Shown: in pieces, positions 1-10,102 of the stretch
Layout: the number at the start of each line of letters is the position of its first letter
How positions within the stretch are numbered: the stretch's first letter is position 1
Made by a program: the position numbers and the translations under genes
Assembly: GCA_903957405.1 (NCBI GenBank)
Contig: CAJBPC010000288.1
Location: forward strand, 1-36,357
Origin: an uncultured bacterium
Lineage (GTDB): Bacteria > Bacteroidota > Bacteroidia > Chitinophagales > Chitinophagaceae
Length of the DNA: 36,357 nt
Direction: 5' to 3'
Notes under the pieces: generated by a model
The model's database searches: none
What the model saw: only the letters and a program-made list of their open reading frames with translations
What the model was told of the DNA's origin: nothing

Positions 1-460
1 CGTTTGGGGAGTGGACGGGGCTTGCCACTTTATTGCCCGCATTGACCCATGCCAGCAGGGTGGCGACGACTTTGTCAAAAAAAGGCTTTGCTTCCGCGGG
101 CGTCTTTTCAAACGTGTAGAGCCATCGCAGGGCAAGCATTTTACAGTCCTGGGCTTGTGCGGAGATGTTGCTGAAATTGTCCGAGCCGCCTTCTGTGAAT
201 GGCGTTGGTGACTTGGAGAATGCCGATGATGCAGACTGCATGATGATGGATGTCACGGCGGACGACATGTCGGGATTGGAAGCGGATTCCTTTCGTATCA
301 GATCCAACGTAATGGAATCAACGATGAGGTTCACCGGAAAGCGGTTGTCCGTCGTCGGGGGAACCACGGGCACTACCGGAACCTCCGGTTTGGCACCATT
401 TTTCTTACAGGAGGACCACAGGACTACCGATGCACATGCGAAGACAAGGATTTTTTTCAT
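1..460 (-). CDS. Lipoprotein, probable polysaccharide lyase (alginate-lyase/heparinase-like alpha/alpha toroid); 3' end runs off the window
   Basis: Not in the ORF track. Hand translation from ATG at 460: MKKILVFACASVVLWSSCKKNGAKPEVPVVPVVPPTTDNRF...QAQDCKMLALRWLYTFEKTPAEAKPFFDKVVATLLAWVNAG..., open to position 1. It has a lipoprotein signal (WSS-C-KK) and a Pro/Val linker. The helical LALRW...L.AW pattern is reminiscent of alpha/alpha-toroid lyases. It lies directly downstream of susD. The CDS is solid; the product is inferred. Confidence 0.6.
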   Translation of the reverse strand, partial: MKKILVFACASVVLWSSCKKNGAKPEVPVVPVVPPTTDNRFPVNLIVDSITLDLIRKESASNPDMSSAVTSIIMQSASSAFSKSPTPFTEGGSDNFSNISAQAQDCKMLALRWLYTFEKTPAEAKPFFDKVVATLLAWVNAGNKVASPVHSPN

Positions 461-490
461 TTGAACAAAGGACTAGTGACGGTTTAAAAG

Positions 491-530
491 TAGAAAAGGG
501 GCACGTAAGCATATACGTGCCCCTTTTCTA
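491..530 (-). terminator. Intrinsic terminator or stabilising hairpin after susD
   Basis: Perfect 17-bp inverted repeat TAGAAAAGGGGCACGTA (491-507) / TACGTGCCCCTTTTCTA (514-530) with a 6-nt loop. On the minus strand it ends ...CCCCTTTTCTACTTTT, and it starts 7 nt after the susD stop. Confidence 0.85.
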
Positions 531-537
531 AAATTTT

Positions 538-2319
538 CTAGTTCGGCCAGCCTGGATTCTGTGTCAGGTTGGGATTGATCTGAATTTCCGCTTGCGGAAT
601 TGGCCAGGTATAGAAATGATCACCACCCCAGCTGTAACCGGCGATGTTTGCACCCCACACGCTCCTGAGGCCGTTGGCACCATCAAACTTAGTTGCTTTC
701 CAAGTCTTCCAACGGATCTCATCATAATAGTTGATGCCCTCGTTGAGGAACTCTATGCGGCGTTCGTTGCGGATCCTCTCGCGCATGTCGGTCTGACCGG
801 ATACAAATGTCGGTTTGGATGCATCCGTACGCTGCAGTGCAGGTATTCCGGCACGCAGACGAACCTCATTGACTTTGGCTATTGCACCCGTTACGTCATT
901 TGCTTCGTTGAGCGCCTCGGCCCACATGAGCAGCACGTCGGCGTATCTGATGAGCGGAAAATCTATCGGTCCGAAGGCCCTGTTCAGTAGTTCTGAGTTA
1001 CCCTCGTATACGAACTTGCGATGGAGGTAGTAGTACTCCGCCTGGGTGTCTGTCCGCAGATCTCCATTCACTGCTCCTTCTGCCCTGAAAGGAAAGCGGC
1101 TCGTCACGACTGCGGGGATGTTGCTGAACAATCCGTTATAGGTCGAGTATGGTGTGATCACCGAAGCTGCGAGGCGGGGGTCACGATTCTCGTAAGCGGC
1201 GCGGATCCTGGCTTCGTTGCCTGTAGGGAGGTATTTCGTCATATCAGCACCGAGGTTCTGGCGGGCTGTACGTTCCGCAGCGGTGAGGTTGTCGCGCAGG
1301 AAATATACTTGACGGGCGCGTGCATTCATTGCATTGAAGCCTGGAATCACCTGGTCCCAGTTGAATTTGCTACCATCAGCTTTCTCGAAGAGATCGACGC
1401 CGACGGGTGATACCAGGTATGTGTTCCAGCAGGAACCGAACGAGGAACGTGTACCGCAGAAGAACTGCGTCGTGGATCCCAGGTTGACGATGCCCGTATT
1501 CTGGATTGACAATATCATTTCGTCGGACTGCTCGTTCTGCTCTTTGAACAGCAGACGATAGTCACTGAAGAGCCTATATCCGGCGGTGGTAACATTGGCG
1601 AAGTCTGCTGCGGCTTCAGCAAATTTACCTTGGTAGAGATATGCCTTTCCACGGAGTGCGTAGGCTGCACCTTTTGTCACCCTGCCATAGTCTGCAGCGC
1701 CTTTGTTGTATTTGAGTGGAAGGTTTGCTTCTGCGATACAATCGGACAGATCCTTGATGACCACATCCCAGACTTCCTGCTCGGTCGAGCGCGGCTTGGT
1801 GGCCTCCGTATACAGGAATGGCTCCAGGTAGATCGGAACGCCTTTCCAAACCTCATTCAACCGAAAATAGAAGTAGGCTCGAAGGAATTTCGCCTCTGCA
1901 AGCAGTCTGGACTTTTTGACTTCCGGGGAAGGGGATTTGGATGGGATGTTGGCGATGGCATCATTCGCACGAATGACCCCTTCATAAAAATTCCTCCAGT
2001 TATTGCTGAAAAGTGCGTTTGAAGGCGTGATGGTCCCGAGCAGCATGGCATCCGTTCCGTCACGCTGCATTCCTCCAACGGCAAAACGGTCCATCTGATA
2101 GGGTTCCAGACCGGAAGCGGATCCGGTATTCTGCCCGAGTCGGAGTGCGCTGTAAATGGCATTGACACCCACCACGGTCAAGTTGTCTGTGGTCCACATG
2201 TTCTCGCTGCTGAGCTGGTCATAGGGCGTAGTGTCCAACAGGTCTTTCTGACAGCTTCCAAGGGCGAAGGCTGCGATAGTGATAAATACGAGTATTCTTT
2301 TCATAATGATTTGTTTCAT
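538..2319 (-). CDS. susD: RagB/SusD family glycan-binding lipoprotein
   Basis: Lipoprotein signal LGS-C-QKDLLD. SusD motifs EAKFLRAYFYF, GRVTKGAAYAL, IRYADVLLMWAEA, ERRIEFLNEG and C-terminal PIPQAEIQINPNLTQNPGW. Immediately downstream of susC. Confidence 0.95.
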   Translation of the reverse strand: MKQIIMKRILVFITIAAFALGSCQKDLLDTTPYDQLSSENMWTTDNLTVVGVNAIYSALRLGQNTGSASGLEPYQMDRFAVGGMQRDGTDAMLLGTITPSNALFSNNWRNFYEGVIRANDAIANIPSKSPSPEVKKSRLLAEAKFLRAYFYFRLNEVWKGVPIYLEPFLYTEATKPRSTEQEVWDVVIKDLSDCIAEANLPLKYNKGAADYGRVTKGAAYALRGKAYLYQGKFAEAAADFANVTTAGYRLFSDYRLLFKEQNEQSDEMILSIQNTGIVNLGSTTQFFCGTRSSFGSCWNTYLVSPVGVDLFEKADGSKFNWDQVIPGFNAMNARARQVYFLRDNLTAAERTARQNLGADMTKYLPTGNEARIRAAYENRDPRLAASVITPYSTYNGLFSNIPAVVTSRFPFRAEGAVNGDLRTDTQAEYYYLHRKFVYEGNSELLNRAFGPIDFPLIRYADVLLMWAEALNEANDVTGAIAKVNEVRLRAGIPALQRTDASKPTFVSGQTDMRERIRNERRIEFLNEGINYYDEIRWKTWKATKFDGANGLRSVWGANIAGYSWGGDHFYTWPIPQAEIQINPNLTQNPGWPN

Positions 2320-2324
2320 TGGTC

Positions 2325-5300
2325 TTAAAAAGTCACGTTCAGGCCAAATGCATACTGCTTCATGGTCGGGTAGCTGAACCCTGTCCCGATTTCTGGATCA
2401 AGGCCTGGGAATTTAGTGATCATGAACATGTTTTCACCACTGAAGAAAACACGGGCACGCTGGATAAATGCCTTCTTGGCGATACTAGCCGGAAGGTTGT
2501 ACCCAATTTGTATATTCCGCATTTTCAACCATGTAGCGTCATACATCCACCAGTCACTGGAAACGGCGGAATTCTGTCCGTCAGCTACACGCAGCCTTGC
2601 GTATTTTCCATTGATATTATTGCGCGGATCTGCAGGATCTGCTTCATTAAAATAATAGCGATCGTTCGCGACATCCGCACTGACATGATTGCCCCAGATG
2701 ACGGTGGAGCTATTGAAGCCGAGTCCCACGAACTGATATTGATGACCAGCTGCACCTGACAGTACAAAAGACATGTCAAATTGCTTCCAGCTAAAGTCGC
2801 CTGATAGACCAAAGACAAACTTTGGAAGAGCTGAAGTTCCTGTAAAGGTGCGGTCGAAAGAATTTCCATAGTCGCCATCACCATTAAGATCGGCATAGAT
2901 GATATCGCCATACCAAATGGCATTCTGCCTGATTGCATTTCCCGGCCGCAGCCTGTACCCTGCTGTCAGCATGGCCTGAGCCCATTTGAGGTCGTCTGCG
3001 GTGCGAAGCATGCCATCTTTTGGACCGCCCGTGATATTCACGGTACCATCTGTATTAAAATACGAACCCGATCCTTTGTATACTTTATAGATGTAATGCT
3101 CATTGATCATCTTTCCTTCAAGTGCTCCGGAATTGTAGACTGCACTCAGGTTGGACTGGTAAACTTTATTGCCGCTGGCATCTGTCACGTAGCCTTCGAC
3201 AAGCTTACCCCTGAACTTTGTGACCATGTTCTGGGTATAAGCAAAGTTTGCATTGACATTATACCTGAAAGCTCCTGCACTACCCCTTGTACCTACGGTG
3301 ACTTCGAAGCCTTGATTCTGAACGCCCGCCAGGTTGACGGTAGGAGCAGAGGCGATACCTGCGGTTATCGGTATTGCGATGGAGGAAAGGATCCCATCAG
3401 TATTGCGGCGGAATACATCGAACTCTACATTCAGTCGGCTGCCGAACATGGATGCGTCGAAACCGAGGTTCATGATGTTTGTGGATTCCCAACGAAGGTC
3501 AGGGTTTGAATACCGTCCGATGGCAAGTCCGGATGCCTGTACGTTGTTGAAAGAGTAAAGATTCGTTGAATAGGTCGCCTGCCAGTCATAGAGACCGGAA
3601 GCGTAAGCACCCAATTCACCCCATGAACCACGAAGCTTGAGTGTGTTTAGCCAGCTGATGTTCCGCATGAATTTTTCATCAGAGATTCTCCATCCCGCAG
3701 AAAACGAAGGGAAATAACCAAATCGTGTGGTTGGTGAGAAGCGGGAGACGCCGTCATAACGCAGGTTGGCTTCCAGAAGGTATTTGCCCTTGAATGCATA
3801 GTTTAGGCGACCGAAGAGTGAGCGGATGGCCCAATCGTTCTCAGATCCCGTAGTCGAAGTGGGATTCAGAACAGTGCTTGGCACATACAGATCATAATCT
3901 ATAAGACCCTGCTTCGAGGCGGACAGATTGTAGTAGTTGTAATACAGCTGATTGTATCCGACGAAAGCCGACAGATCATGATCGCGTCCGATTGTCGTCG
4001 TGTAGCGCAACACGTTGTCGATGGTCATCTGATAGTTCTTGTCGAAACCATAGTTTGATGACAAATTCGCAGGGATCTGGGGAAAAGACATCTGGGTATT
4101 CGTTGCGAAATTCCAGCGGTTGGCTGCATCCGGGTTTGTGCGGCTCCTGGATTCGTTCTGGCGCATCTGATAATTAAAGCGGCTCTCGAAACTGAGGCCT
4201 TTGATGATGTTCACCGTTGCGTACAGGGTGGTATTGAACCGGGATGTCTGGTCCTTACCAAGACGATTATTCAAGAAGGAGAACACATTGTTGGCCTGTT
4301 GGTTTTCTTCAGATGTCTGCGCATAACCGTAGCGGCCGTCGTACTTCGGAACGATGCCCGGAGTGGTCTGCCTCACGAAGTTGAATGCGTCTGTGACATT
4401 ACCCATATCATCGTTCTGGAACATGGCAAAGGTTTGAGTGCCAAGGGTCAGAAACTTATTGATCTTGGATTCAATATTCGTCCGGAACTGGAAACGCTTG
4501 CTTCCGGTATTCTCGATGGTTCCCTGATTATCCAGAAAACCTACGGAAAGCAGAAAGGTAGACTTGTCAGAGCCGCCATTTATCGATACGTTATGGTTCT
4601 GTACGAGACGTTTGGAGAAGAAAGCATCGGCCCAATCGGTATTGGGGTATGCAATGCTGTTGGGGACACCGCTGGCACTCAGCTGATTCGGAATCTTGCT
4701 GGCCGAGTCCCAGGCAGCGATGGTCAGTGCGCTATATTTTGCGGCCTGCCCAAGATTCGTGTGGGCCTCATTGGTGAAACGCATGTGATCTGCGTAGTTG
4801 GTCACCATGCGAGGCATATTCATCGGGCTGGTCGTGGAGAATAACCCACTGTAGTTCACCGTCAATTTATTCCGAGTACCCTTTTTGGTGGTAATGAGCA
4901 CCACGCCATTACCTGCCTGTGAACCATAGATGGAGGCGGAAGCTGCATCTTTCAGAACAGAAACCGACTCAACATCCTGTGGATTCACTGCATCGAGCGA
5001 CCCGATGATGCCATCGATGATGATCAGCGGAGAACTGCCGCTGAGGGTACCCCTGCCCCTGATGACGATGTTTGCTCCATCGGAACCCGGTTGTCCTGAA
5101 CCCTGCTGAACGGAAACACCAGATAATAACCCGGACAATGAAGTCGAAAGATTTGTAACCGGACGGTCTTCGATATCCTTGGCCGTGATCATGGATACGG
5201 CTCCCGTCATGTTTACCTTCTTCTGGGTGCCATAACCTACAACCACTACCGACTCCATGGTACCATCATCAGAATCGAGACTGACATTCACGGTTGATAT

Positions 5301-5588
5301 ACCCTGTGCAACAACCAGCTCTTTGGTGGCGAAACCCACACTGCTGATCCGCAGACGGTCACCAGTCTTTGCCGGCAGGATGAAAGTACCCGTTGCGTCA
5401 GTCTGGGTTCCAGCATTACTGGTAAGGTTGACAACATTGACGCCCGTCAATGGCAGATTGTCTTTTGATGAGGTTACAACACCCTTGAACTGGGTTTGTG
5501 CATAACTCGACACTGAGAACAGTGCCGCGAAAAATGCAAGCAGCAGCATCCTAAGTTTTGGTCTTGGCATAACGTTTTGGTTTAACAT
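2325..5588 (-). CDS. susC: SusC/RagA family TonB-dependent transporter
   Basis: Signal peptide, carboxypeptidase-regulatory-like domain, VVVVGYGTQKK, plug motif LKDAASASIYGS-AGNGVVLITTK, NPDLRWE and C-terminal Phe. Confidence 0.97.
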   Translation of the reverse strand: MLNQNVMPRPKLRMLLLAFFAALFSVSSYAQTQFKGVVTSSKDNLPLTGVNVVNLTSNAGTQTDATGTFILPAKTGDRLRISSVGFATKELVVAQGISTVNVSLDSDDGTMESVVVVGYGTQKKVNMTGAVSMITAKDIEDRPVTNLSTSLSGLLSGVSVQQGSGQPGSDGANIVIRGRGTLSGSSPLIIIDGIIGSLDAVNPQDVESVSVLKDAASASIYGSQAGNGVVLITTKKGTRNKLTVNYSGLFSTTSPMNMPRMVTNYADHMRFTNEAHTNLGQAAKYSALTIAAWDSASKIPNQLSASGVPNSIAYPNTDWADAFFSKRLVQNHNVSINGGSDKSTFLLSVGFLDNQGTIENTGSKRFQFRTNIESKINKFLTLGTQTFAMFQNDDMGNVTDAFNFVRQTTPGIVPKYDGRYGYAQTSEENQQANNVFSFLNNRLGKDQTSRFNTTLYATVNIIKGLSFESRFNYQMRQNESRSRTNPDAANRWNFATNTQMSFPQIPANLSSNYGFDKNYQMTIDNVLRYTTTIGRDHDLSAFVGYNQLYYNYYNLSASKQGLIDYDLYVPSTVLNPTSTTGSENDWAIRSLFGRLNYAFKGKYLLEANLRYDGVSRFSPTTRFGYFPSFSAGWRISDEKFMRNISWLNTLKLRGSWGELGAYASGLYDWQATYSTNLYSFNNVQASGLAIGRYSNPDLRWESTNIMNLGFDASMFGSRLNVEFDVFRRNTDGILSSIAIPITAGIASAPTVNLAGVQNQGFEVTVGTRGSAGAFRYNVNANFAYTQNMVTKFRGKLVEGYVTDASGNKVYQSNLSAVYNSGALEGKMINEHYIYKVYKGSGSYFNTDGTVNITGGPKDGMLRTADDLKWAQAMLTAGYRLRPGNAIRQNAIWYGDIIYADLNGDGDYGNSFDRTFTGTSALPKFVFGLSGDFSWKQFDMSFVLSGAAGHQYQFVGLGFNSSTVIWGNHVSADVANDRYYFNEADPADPRNNINGKYARLRVADGQNSAVSSDWWMYDATWLKMRNIQIGYNLPASIAKKAFIQRARVFFSGENMFMITKFPGLDPEIGTGFSYPTMKQYAFGLNVTF

Positions 5589-5662
5589 GTTTAGAGAAAA
5601 CGATTTTTATGACAGCAGTAGATTTATAAGACAACGAATCTTGATTTTTTTTATCCGAGAGG

Positions 5663-5704
5663 GGGGTTAAAATACCGATTAAATAGGGGTAAAATCCTAA
5701 ACCC
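5663..5704 (-). promoter_or_regulatory. Candidate HTCS (AraC-type) operator upstream of susC
   Basis: Imperfect direct repeat with 22-bp period, GGGGTTAAAATACC (5663) / AGGGGTAAAATCCT (5685). AAAATCCTAAACCC (5691-5704) recurs at 13/14 identity upstream of the sulfatase (12814-12827). Confidence 0.5.
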
Positions 5705-5929
5705 CACGACAGTAAAGGGTTATTGAAAAAAATCTTGATGTAAAATTCTCAGAATGTTCAGTTATTCGCGCATTTATAAGAACAAGATAATGGACAGATC
5801 GAGATGACATCTCAAAAAAAATTGCAAATCCGGGAGAATATTGGAACAATTTAAAATGGATGGACATGATACGCGGATGCATCCATTAATTTTATGAGGT
5901 CTAACATGATAACAAACCGCTTCCCTCGG

Positions 5930-8900
5930 ATGATGAAAACCTACCCGCATCCTTTCCTGCAGAAAACCAAACAAACGATATGGACCTTTGGCATCGCTGT
6001 CGCGGTCTACCTGATACCTCATACTGGTTCCGGTCAGGATCTTTTCTTTCACAAACTCACCGTGGAAGACGGACTGTCGCAGAATTCAGTCCTTTGCTTC
6101 GCGCAGGATCGCCAGGGCTATATGTGGATTGGCACGAGTTCGGGCCTGAACAGGTTTGATTCCCGGACATTCAAGGTGTTTAAAAAGCAACAAAATGAAC
6201 CCGGAAGCCTAAGTAATGATTATATTTTATCGCTTTTGAATGATTCCAGGGATATGCTTTGGGTTGGAACAGCCGGTGGGCTGAATGTTTACGATAACCG
6301 AACGGCAACCTTCGCACAATACATGCATGCTGAAGATAAACCGGGATCTCTAAGCAGCAATAGAATCTTAAGTTTATATGAAGACCGTAAAGGACAAATC
6401 TGGATCGGAACTTCAAAAGGCCTCAATTTATTGAGTAGCCCCGGTGGGAAAAACTTTGAAAAAATAGACCTTTCCACGGCATCAGATGACCCCTCTGGGG
6501 GGGAGATCAGGGCCATTCGGGAAGATTTTAGAGGCGATATCTGGGTAAGTGCATCAAATGGTGTGTACCGGATTTCCAGGAACTTCAGTGAATTCATCAT
6601 TAAAAAATTCAATATCGGATCTGCCGGTAAATTACAAGAAGACCTCACCTGCACTTCCATCGAAGAAGATGAAGACCGGAACCTTTGGTTTGGAACGATC
6701 GGTGGCGGATTGTTCCTGTTTGATGAATCAAATTCTTCTTTCATTGCGGTAGCCAACGCAAGCAGCGATAAAACAAGGTTGCCGCACGATTACATCAGGA
6801 GGCTTAAAGCCGATGGCAACCGCAAACTATGGATAGGAACCCAGGAGGGTCTATCCGTACTGGATATAAGCAACCGCATCCTCAGCAGCACCTTTCAGCA
6901 CGACCCAGAAGACAAGAACAGTTTATCGCAAAATTCGATTTATGACATTTTTTTAGACCGGACAGGGAATATCTGGACAGGGACCTATTATGGAGGTGTC
7001 AGCATGTCGTATGCAAAGAAAACCCCCTTTAAGCTGATACAGGCCAGCGGAAAAGATAACGGCTTGAGCAATAATGTCGTGAGTGCGATCTTCGGGTATG
7101 ATGCCAAAGGACTCTGGTTCGGATCTGATGGAGGCGGACTGAATTATCTTGATCAGACTTCCGGAAAGTTTTCACACTACAAATACAATGTCAAGAACCC
7201 AAGGTCGATAGGATCCAATCTGGTGAAAACAATTTTCAGGGATTCAGCCGGCAGGTTGTGGATAGGAACCCATGGTGGCGGATTGAATCTATTCGATGAA
7301 AAATCAGGTGTATTCACCCGGTTTAAACACGTAAAAGGAAAAAACTCCATCAGCAGCAATGATGTCCTGAACATGATAGAGGACGGTGATGGGATCATTT
7401 GGATAGGTACGGAAAATAACGGGCTCAATTCGTTTGACTGGCAGAAACAAGAATTCTCCACATATCATCCTGATTCCGCGGGCAGCTTTCATTTGAAAGC
7501 CAGCCAAATCAAGTCGATGATACAGGATGATCCAGGCAATATCTGGCTAGGTACGGAAAACGGACTCTTTGTGAAGCAAAGAAAATCCGCCGGATTTCGG
7601 AATTACGAACACAAATTCGCAGATGGAAAAACATACCCGTCCTCTCAGATGGTCGGGAGCCTTTATTTGGATCTCCGCCAGCAAATCTGGGTAGGCACCG
7701 TGGCGGACGGAGTCTATCTCATTCAGCCGGGAGAAGATAAATTACTTCACTTCACAACCAAAGACGGCCTTCCCAGCAACAATATAAAAGGCATGATCGA
7801 GGATAATTCAGGAAACATATGGATTACCACTGACAAGGGACTCTGTAAATGCGAACCAGGTTATAAAAACTTCGTGGCCTTTAATGTGTATGATGGGCTT
7901 CCAGGAAACGATTTCAACCCCAATTCCTTCTACCGACACTCAACGGGAGAAATATATGTCGGGGGCCTGAACGGTATTGTCCATTTCATGCCAGAACGGA
8001 TTGAGAAGAACAACACCAATAGCACCATCGTTTTCAATGCACTTAAGATCGGAAACCAAGTTGTAGATGCAGTGCGATTCCCAGAGGTCCTGCAGACCGA
8101 TATCAGCCATACGCGGGGGATTACGCTCAACCATGACCAAAATGATTTCAGCATTGATTTCAGGCTGCTCAACTACATCAAGCCATCCAAGAACTCCTAC
8201 ACATACAAACTGGAGGGATTCGACAATGACTGGATCATTTCAACAAACGGCAGTGCCACCTATACGAATCTCCCGACAGGCACTTACCGCCTGCAGGTAA
8301 AAGCAGCCAACAACGATGGCATTTGGGCAAAGAACATCGCGGTGATGGAAGTGCGGGTCATACCACCCTTTTGGGCCAGCAAGGGTGCCTATTTTCTGTA
8401 CTGCTTGATTTCGGCATGCATCATCTATCTGTTGATACGCTATTTCAGGATACGGCTTAGGTACCGCCAGGAGCAGGATCTGCAACAATACAAACTGGAC
8501 TTTTTCACAAACATATCGCATGAGATCAGAACGCGATTGACACTCATCGCGACGCCATTGGAGACCATACAGAACGAGGATTTCCCAAATGATGGGGCAA
8601 GAAAAAAAATCCAAAACATCCGGAAACATACTCAAAAGCTTTCCACACTGGTGAGCGAATTAATGGACTTCAGGAAGGCGGAGACGGGAAATCTTCAACT
8701 GAACTGCTCCATCACAGACCTTAAGCTATTCCTCTCAGAAACTTCCCAGCCATTGGGTGATGCCGCCATGGAAAAAGGCATCCGCTTCGAGATCTCCTTA
8801 CCTCAAGAAGAGGTCAGCGTACTTATTGATAAGTCGCATTTTGAAAAAGTCATCACCAATCTGCTGACGAATGCAATCAAATTCACAGGAAATGGCGGCA

Positions 8901-10051
8901 GCGTTGGCATCAGCCTTGATGTCCATAGAAATGCTGCCGTCATCAGCGTTTGGGATACTGGCATCGGCATTTCAACCGCCAACGTGCGTAAACTCTTCAC
9001 GAACTATTTCCAGGTCAGCAATGAAAAATCTGAAAATACCGGATATGGCATCGGGCTTGCACTTTCCAGGAGCATCGTAGAACTGCACAACGGAACCATA
9101 GAGGTCGCGAGTACTCTTAAAAAAGAAAACAAAGAAGGATACACGGTCTTCAGGGTTAAGCTACCTATGCAAATAAACTTGAATGAACCAGTTGGCGTAA
9201 TTCAAACGATTCCCTTGGATGATGTCGATAAAACTTCGTTTGCTGACGCTGCCAATGGAAAAGCTTCAAAGCCAGTACTGCTCATTGTAGAAGACAATGA
9301 TGATCTGAGGGAATTCATGAAAGATTCACTTTCCACTGAATTTGACATCTATGAATCTACCGATGGCAAAAAGGGATTATCCTTGGCTCAAGAGCTGATT
9401 CCAACGTTGATCATTTCAGATATCATGATGCCGGAAATGGATGGTCTTGAACTTTGCCGGTGCTTGAAGTCTGATATCAGGACAAGCCACATACCTGTGA
9501 TACTCCTCACGGCAAAATCAACCATCAACGACCAGATCAGTGGCCTGGAGCAGAATGCCGATGCATATGTCACCAAGCCCTTCAATCTAGCGCTTTTGAT
9601 ATCCCAAATCTGGAACCTCATCAATAACAGAAAGCACCTACAGCTTGCATTGAGAAATCGTTACCTCAAACTGAGTGACACACCCGTTGAAGAAGTGATG
9701 AAAGATCTGTTTCTTGAAGAGATTGTTTCACTCATAGAAGGGAATCTTGACAATGCAGCCTTCAGCGTAAGTGTATTGGCTAAACATGCCGCGATGAGCC
9801 AGCCGGTGCTGTATAAAAAAATAAAGGCACTTACAGGCATGTCTGTCAATGATTTCATAAAGTCCATCCGACTCAAAAAAGCATCAGGGCTTCTCCTTAC
9901 AAGAAAACACACCATTTATGAAGTTGCTTACATGGTAGGATTTTCAGATCGGAAATACTTCAGCAAGGAATTTAGAAAGACATTTGGCCTGTCTCCAACA
10001 GCATTTGTGGAACGCGATGCTCCGGCAGATATCGATCCAAAACTTCTCTGA
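5930..10051 (+). CDS. Hybrid two-component system sensor kinase/response regulator (HTCS)
   Basis: Beta-propeller repeats (WIGT..GL), Y_Y_Y domain (YTYKLEGFDNDW...ATYTNLPTGTY), TM helix, HisKA (FFTNISHEIRT), HATPase (NLLTNAIKF, DTGIGI, GYGIGL), receiver (LIVEDN, SDIMMPEMDG) and AraC HTH (VAYMVGFSDRKYFSKEFRKTFG). Start uncertain (5894, 5906 or 5930). Confidence 0.97.
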   Translation: MMKTYPHPFLQKTKQTIWTFGIAVAVYLIPHTGSGQDLFFHKLTVEDGLSQNSVLCFAQDRQGYMWIGTSSGLNRFDSRTFKVFKKQQNEPGSLSNDYILSLLNDSRDMLWVGTAGGLNVYDNRTATFAQYMHAEDKPGSLSSNRILSLYEDRKGQIWIGTSKGLNLLSSPGGKNFEKIDLSTASDDPSGGEIRAIREDFRGDIWVSASNGVYRISRNFSEFIIKKFNIGSAGKLQEDLTCTSIEEDEDRNLWFGTIGGGLFLFDESNSSFIAVANASSDKTRLPHDYIRRLKADGNRKLWIGTQEGLSVLDISNRILSSTFQHDPEDKNSLSQNSIYDIFLDRTGNIWTGTYYGGVSMSYAKKTPFKLIQASGKDNGLSNNVVSAIFGYDAKGLWFGSDGGGLNYLDQTSGKFSHYKYNVKNPRSIGSNLVKTIFRDSAGRLWIGTHGGGLNLFDEKSGVFTRFKHVKGKNSISSNDVLNMIEDGDGIIWIGTENNGLNSFDWQKQEFSTYHPDSAGSFHLKASQIKSMIQDDPGNIWLGTENGLFVKQRKSAGFRNYEHKFADGKTYPSSQMVGSLYLDLRQQIWVGTVADGVYLIQPGEDKLLHFTTKDGLPSNNIKGMIEDNSGNIWITTDKGLCKCEPGYKNFVAFNVYDGLPGNDFNPNSFYRHSTGEIYVGGLNGIVHFMPERIEKNNTNSTIVFNALKIGNQVVDAVRFPEVLQTDISHTRGITLNHDQNDFSIDFRLLNYIKPSKNSYTYKLEGFDNDWIISTNGSATYTNLPTGTYRLQVKAANNDGIWAKNIAVMEVRVIPPFWASKGAYFLYCLISACIIYLLIRYFRIRLRYRQEQDLQQYKLDFFTNISHEIRTRLTLIATPLETIQNEDFPNDGARKKIQNIRKHTQKLSTLVSELMDFRKAETGNLQLNCSITDLKLFLSETSQPLGDAAMEKGIRFEISLPQEEVSVLIDKSHFEKVITNLLTNAIKFTGNGGSVGISLDVHRNAAVISVWDTGIGISTANVRKLFTNYFQVSNEKSENTGYGIGLALSRSIVELHNGTIEVASTLKKENKEGYTVFRVKLPMQINLNEPVGVIQTIPLDDVDKTSFADAANGKASKPVLLIVEDNDDLREFMKDSLSTEFDIYESTDGKKGLSLAQELIPTLIISDIMMPEMDGLELCRCLKSDIRTSHIPVILLTAKSTINDQISGLEQNADAYVTKPFNLALLISQIWNLINNRKHLQLALRNRYLKLSDTPVEEVMKDLFLEEIVSLIEGNLDNAAFSVSVLAKHAAMSQPVLYKKIKALTGMSVNDFIKSIRLKKASGLLLTRKHTIYEVAYMVGFSDRKYFSKEFRKTFGLSPTAFVERDAPADIDPKLL

Positions 10052-10102
10052 TGTAGCATGAAGACAAATTCTTTGCTCGTGACACGAACCCATCGGGTGT
10101 GA

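Noticed and set aside
11-464. Plus-strand ORFs 11-211 and 165-464
   Set aside because: They are antisense to the lipoprotein gene starting at 460 on the minus strand.
5697-6052. Short minus-strand ORFs between susC and the HTCS
   Set aside because: They overlap the divergent promoter region and the HTCS start, with no protein features.
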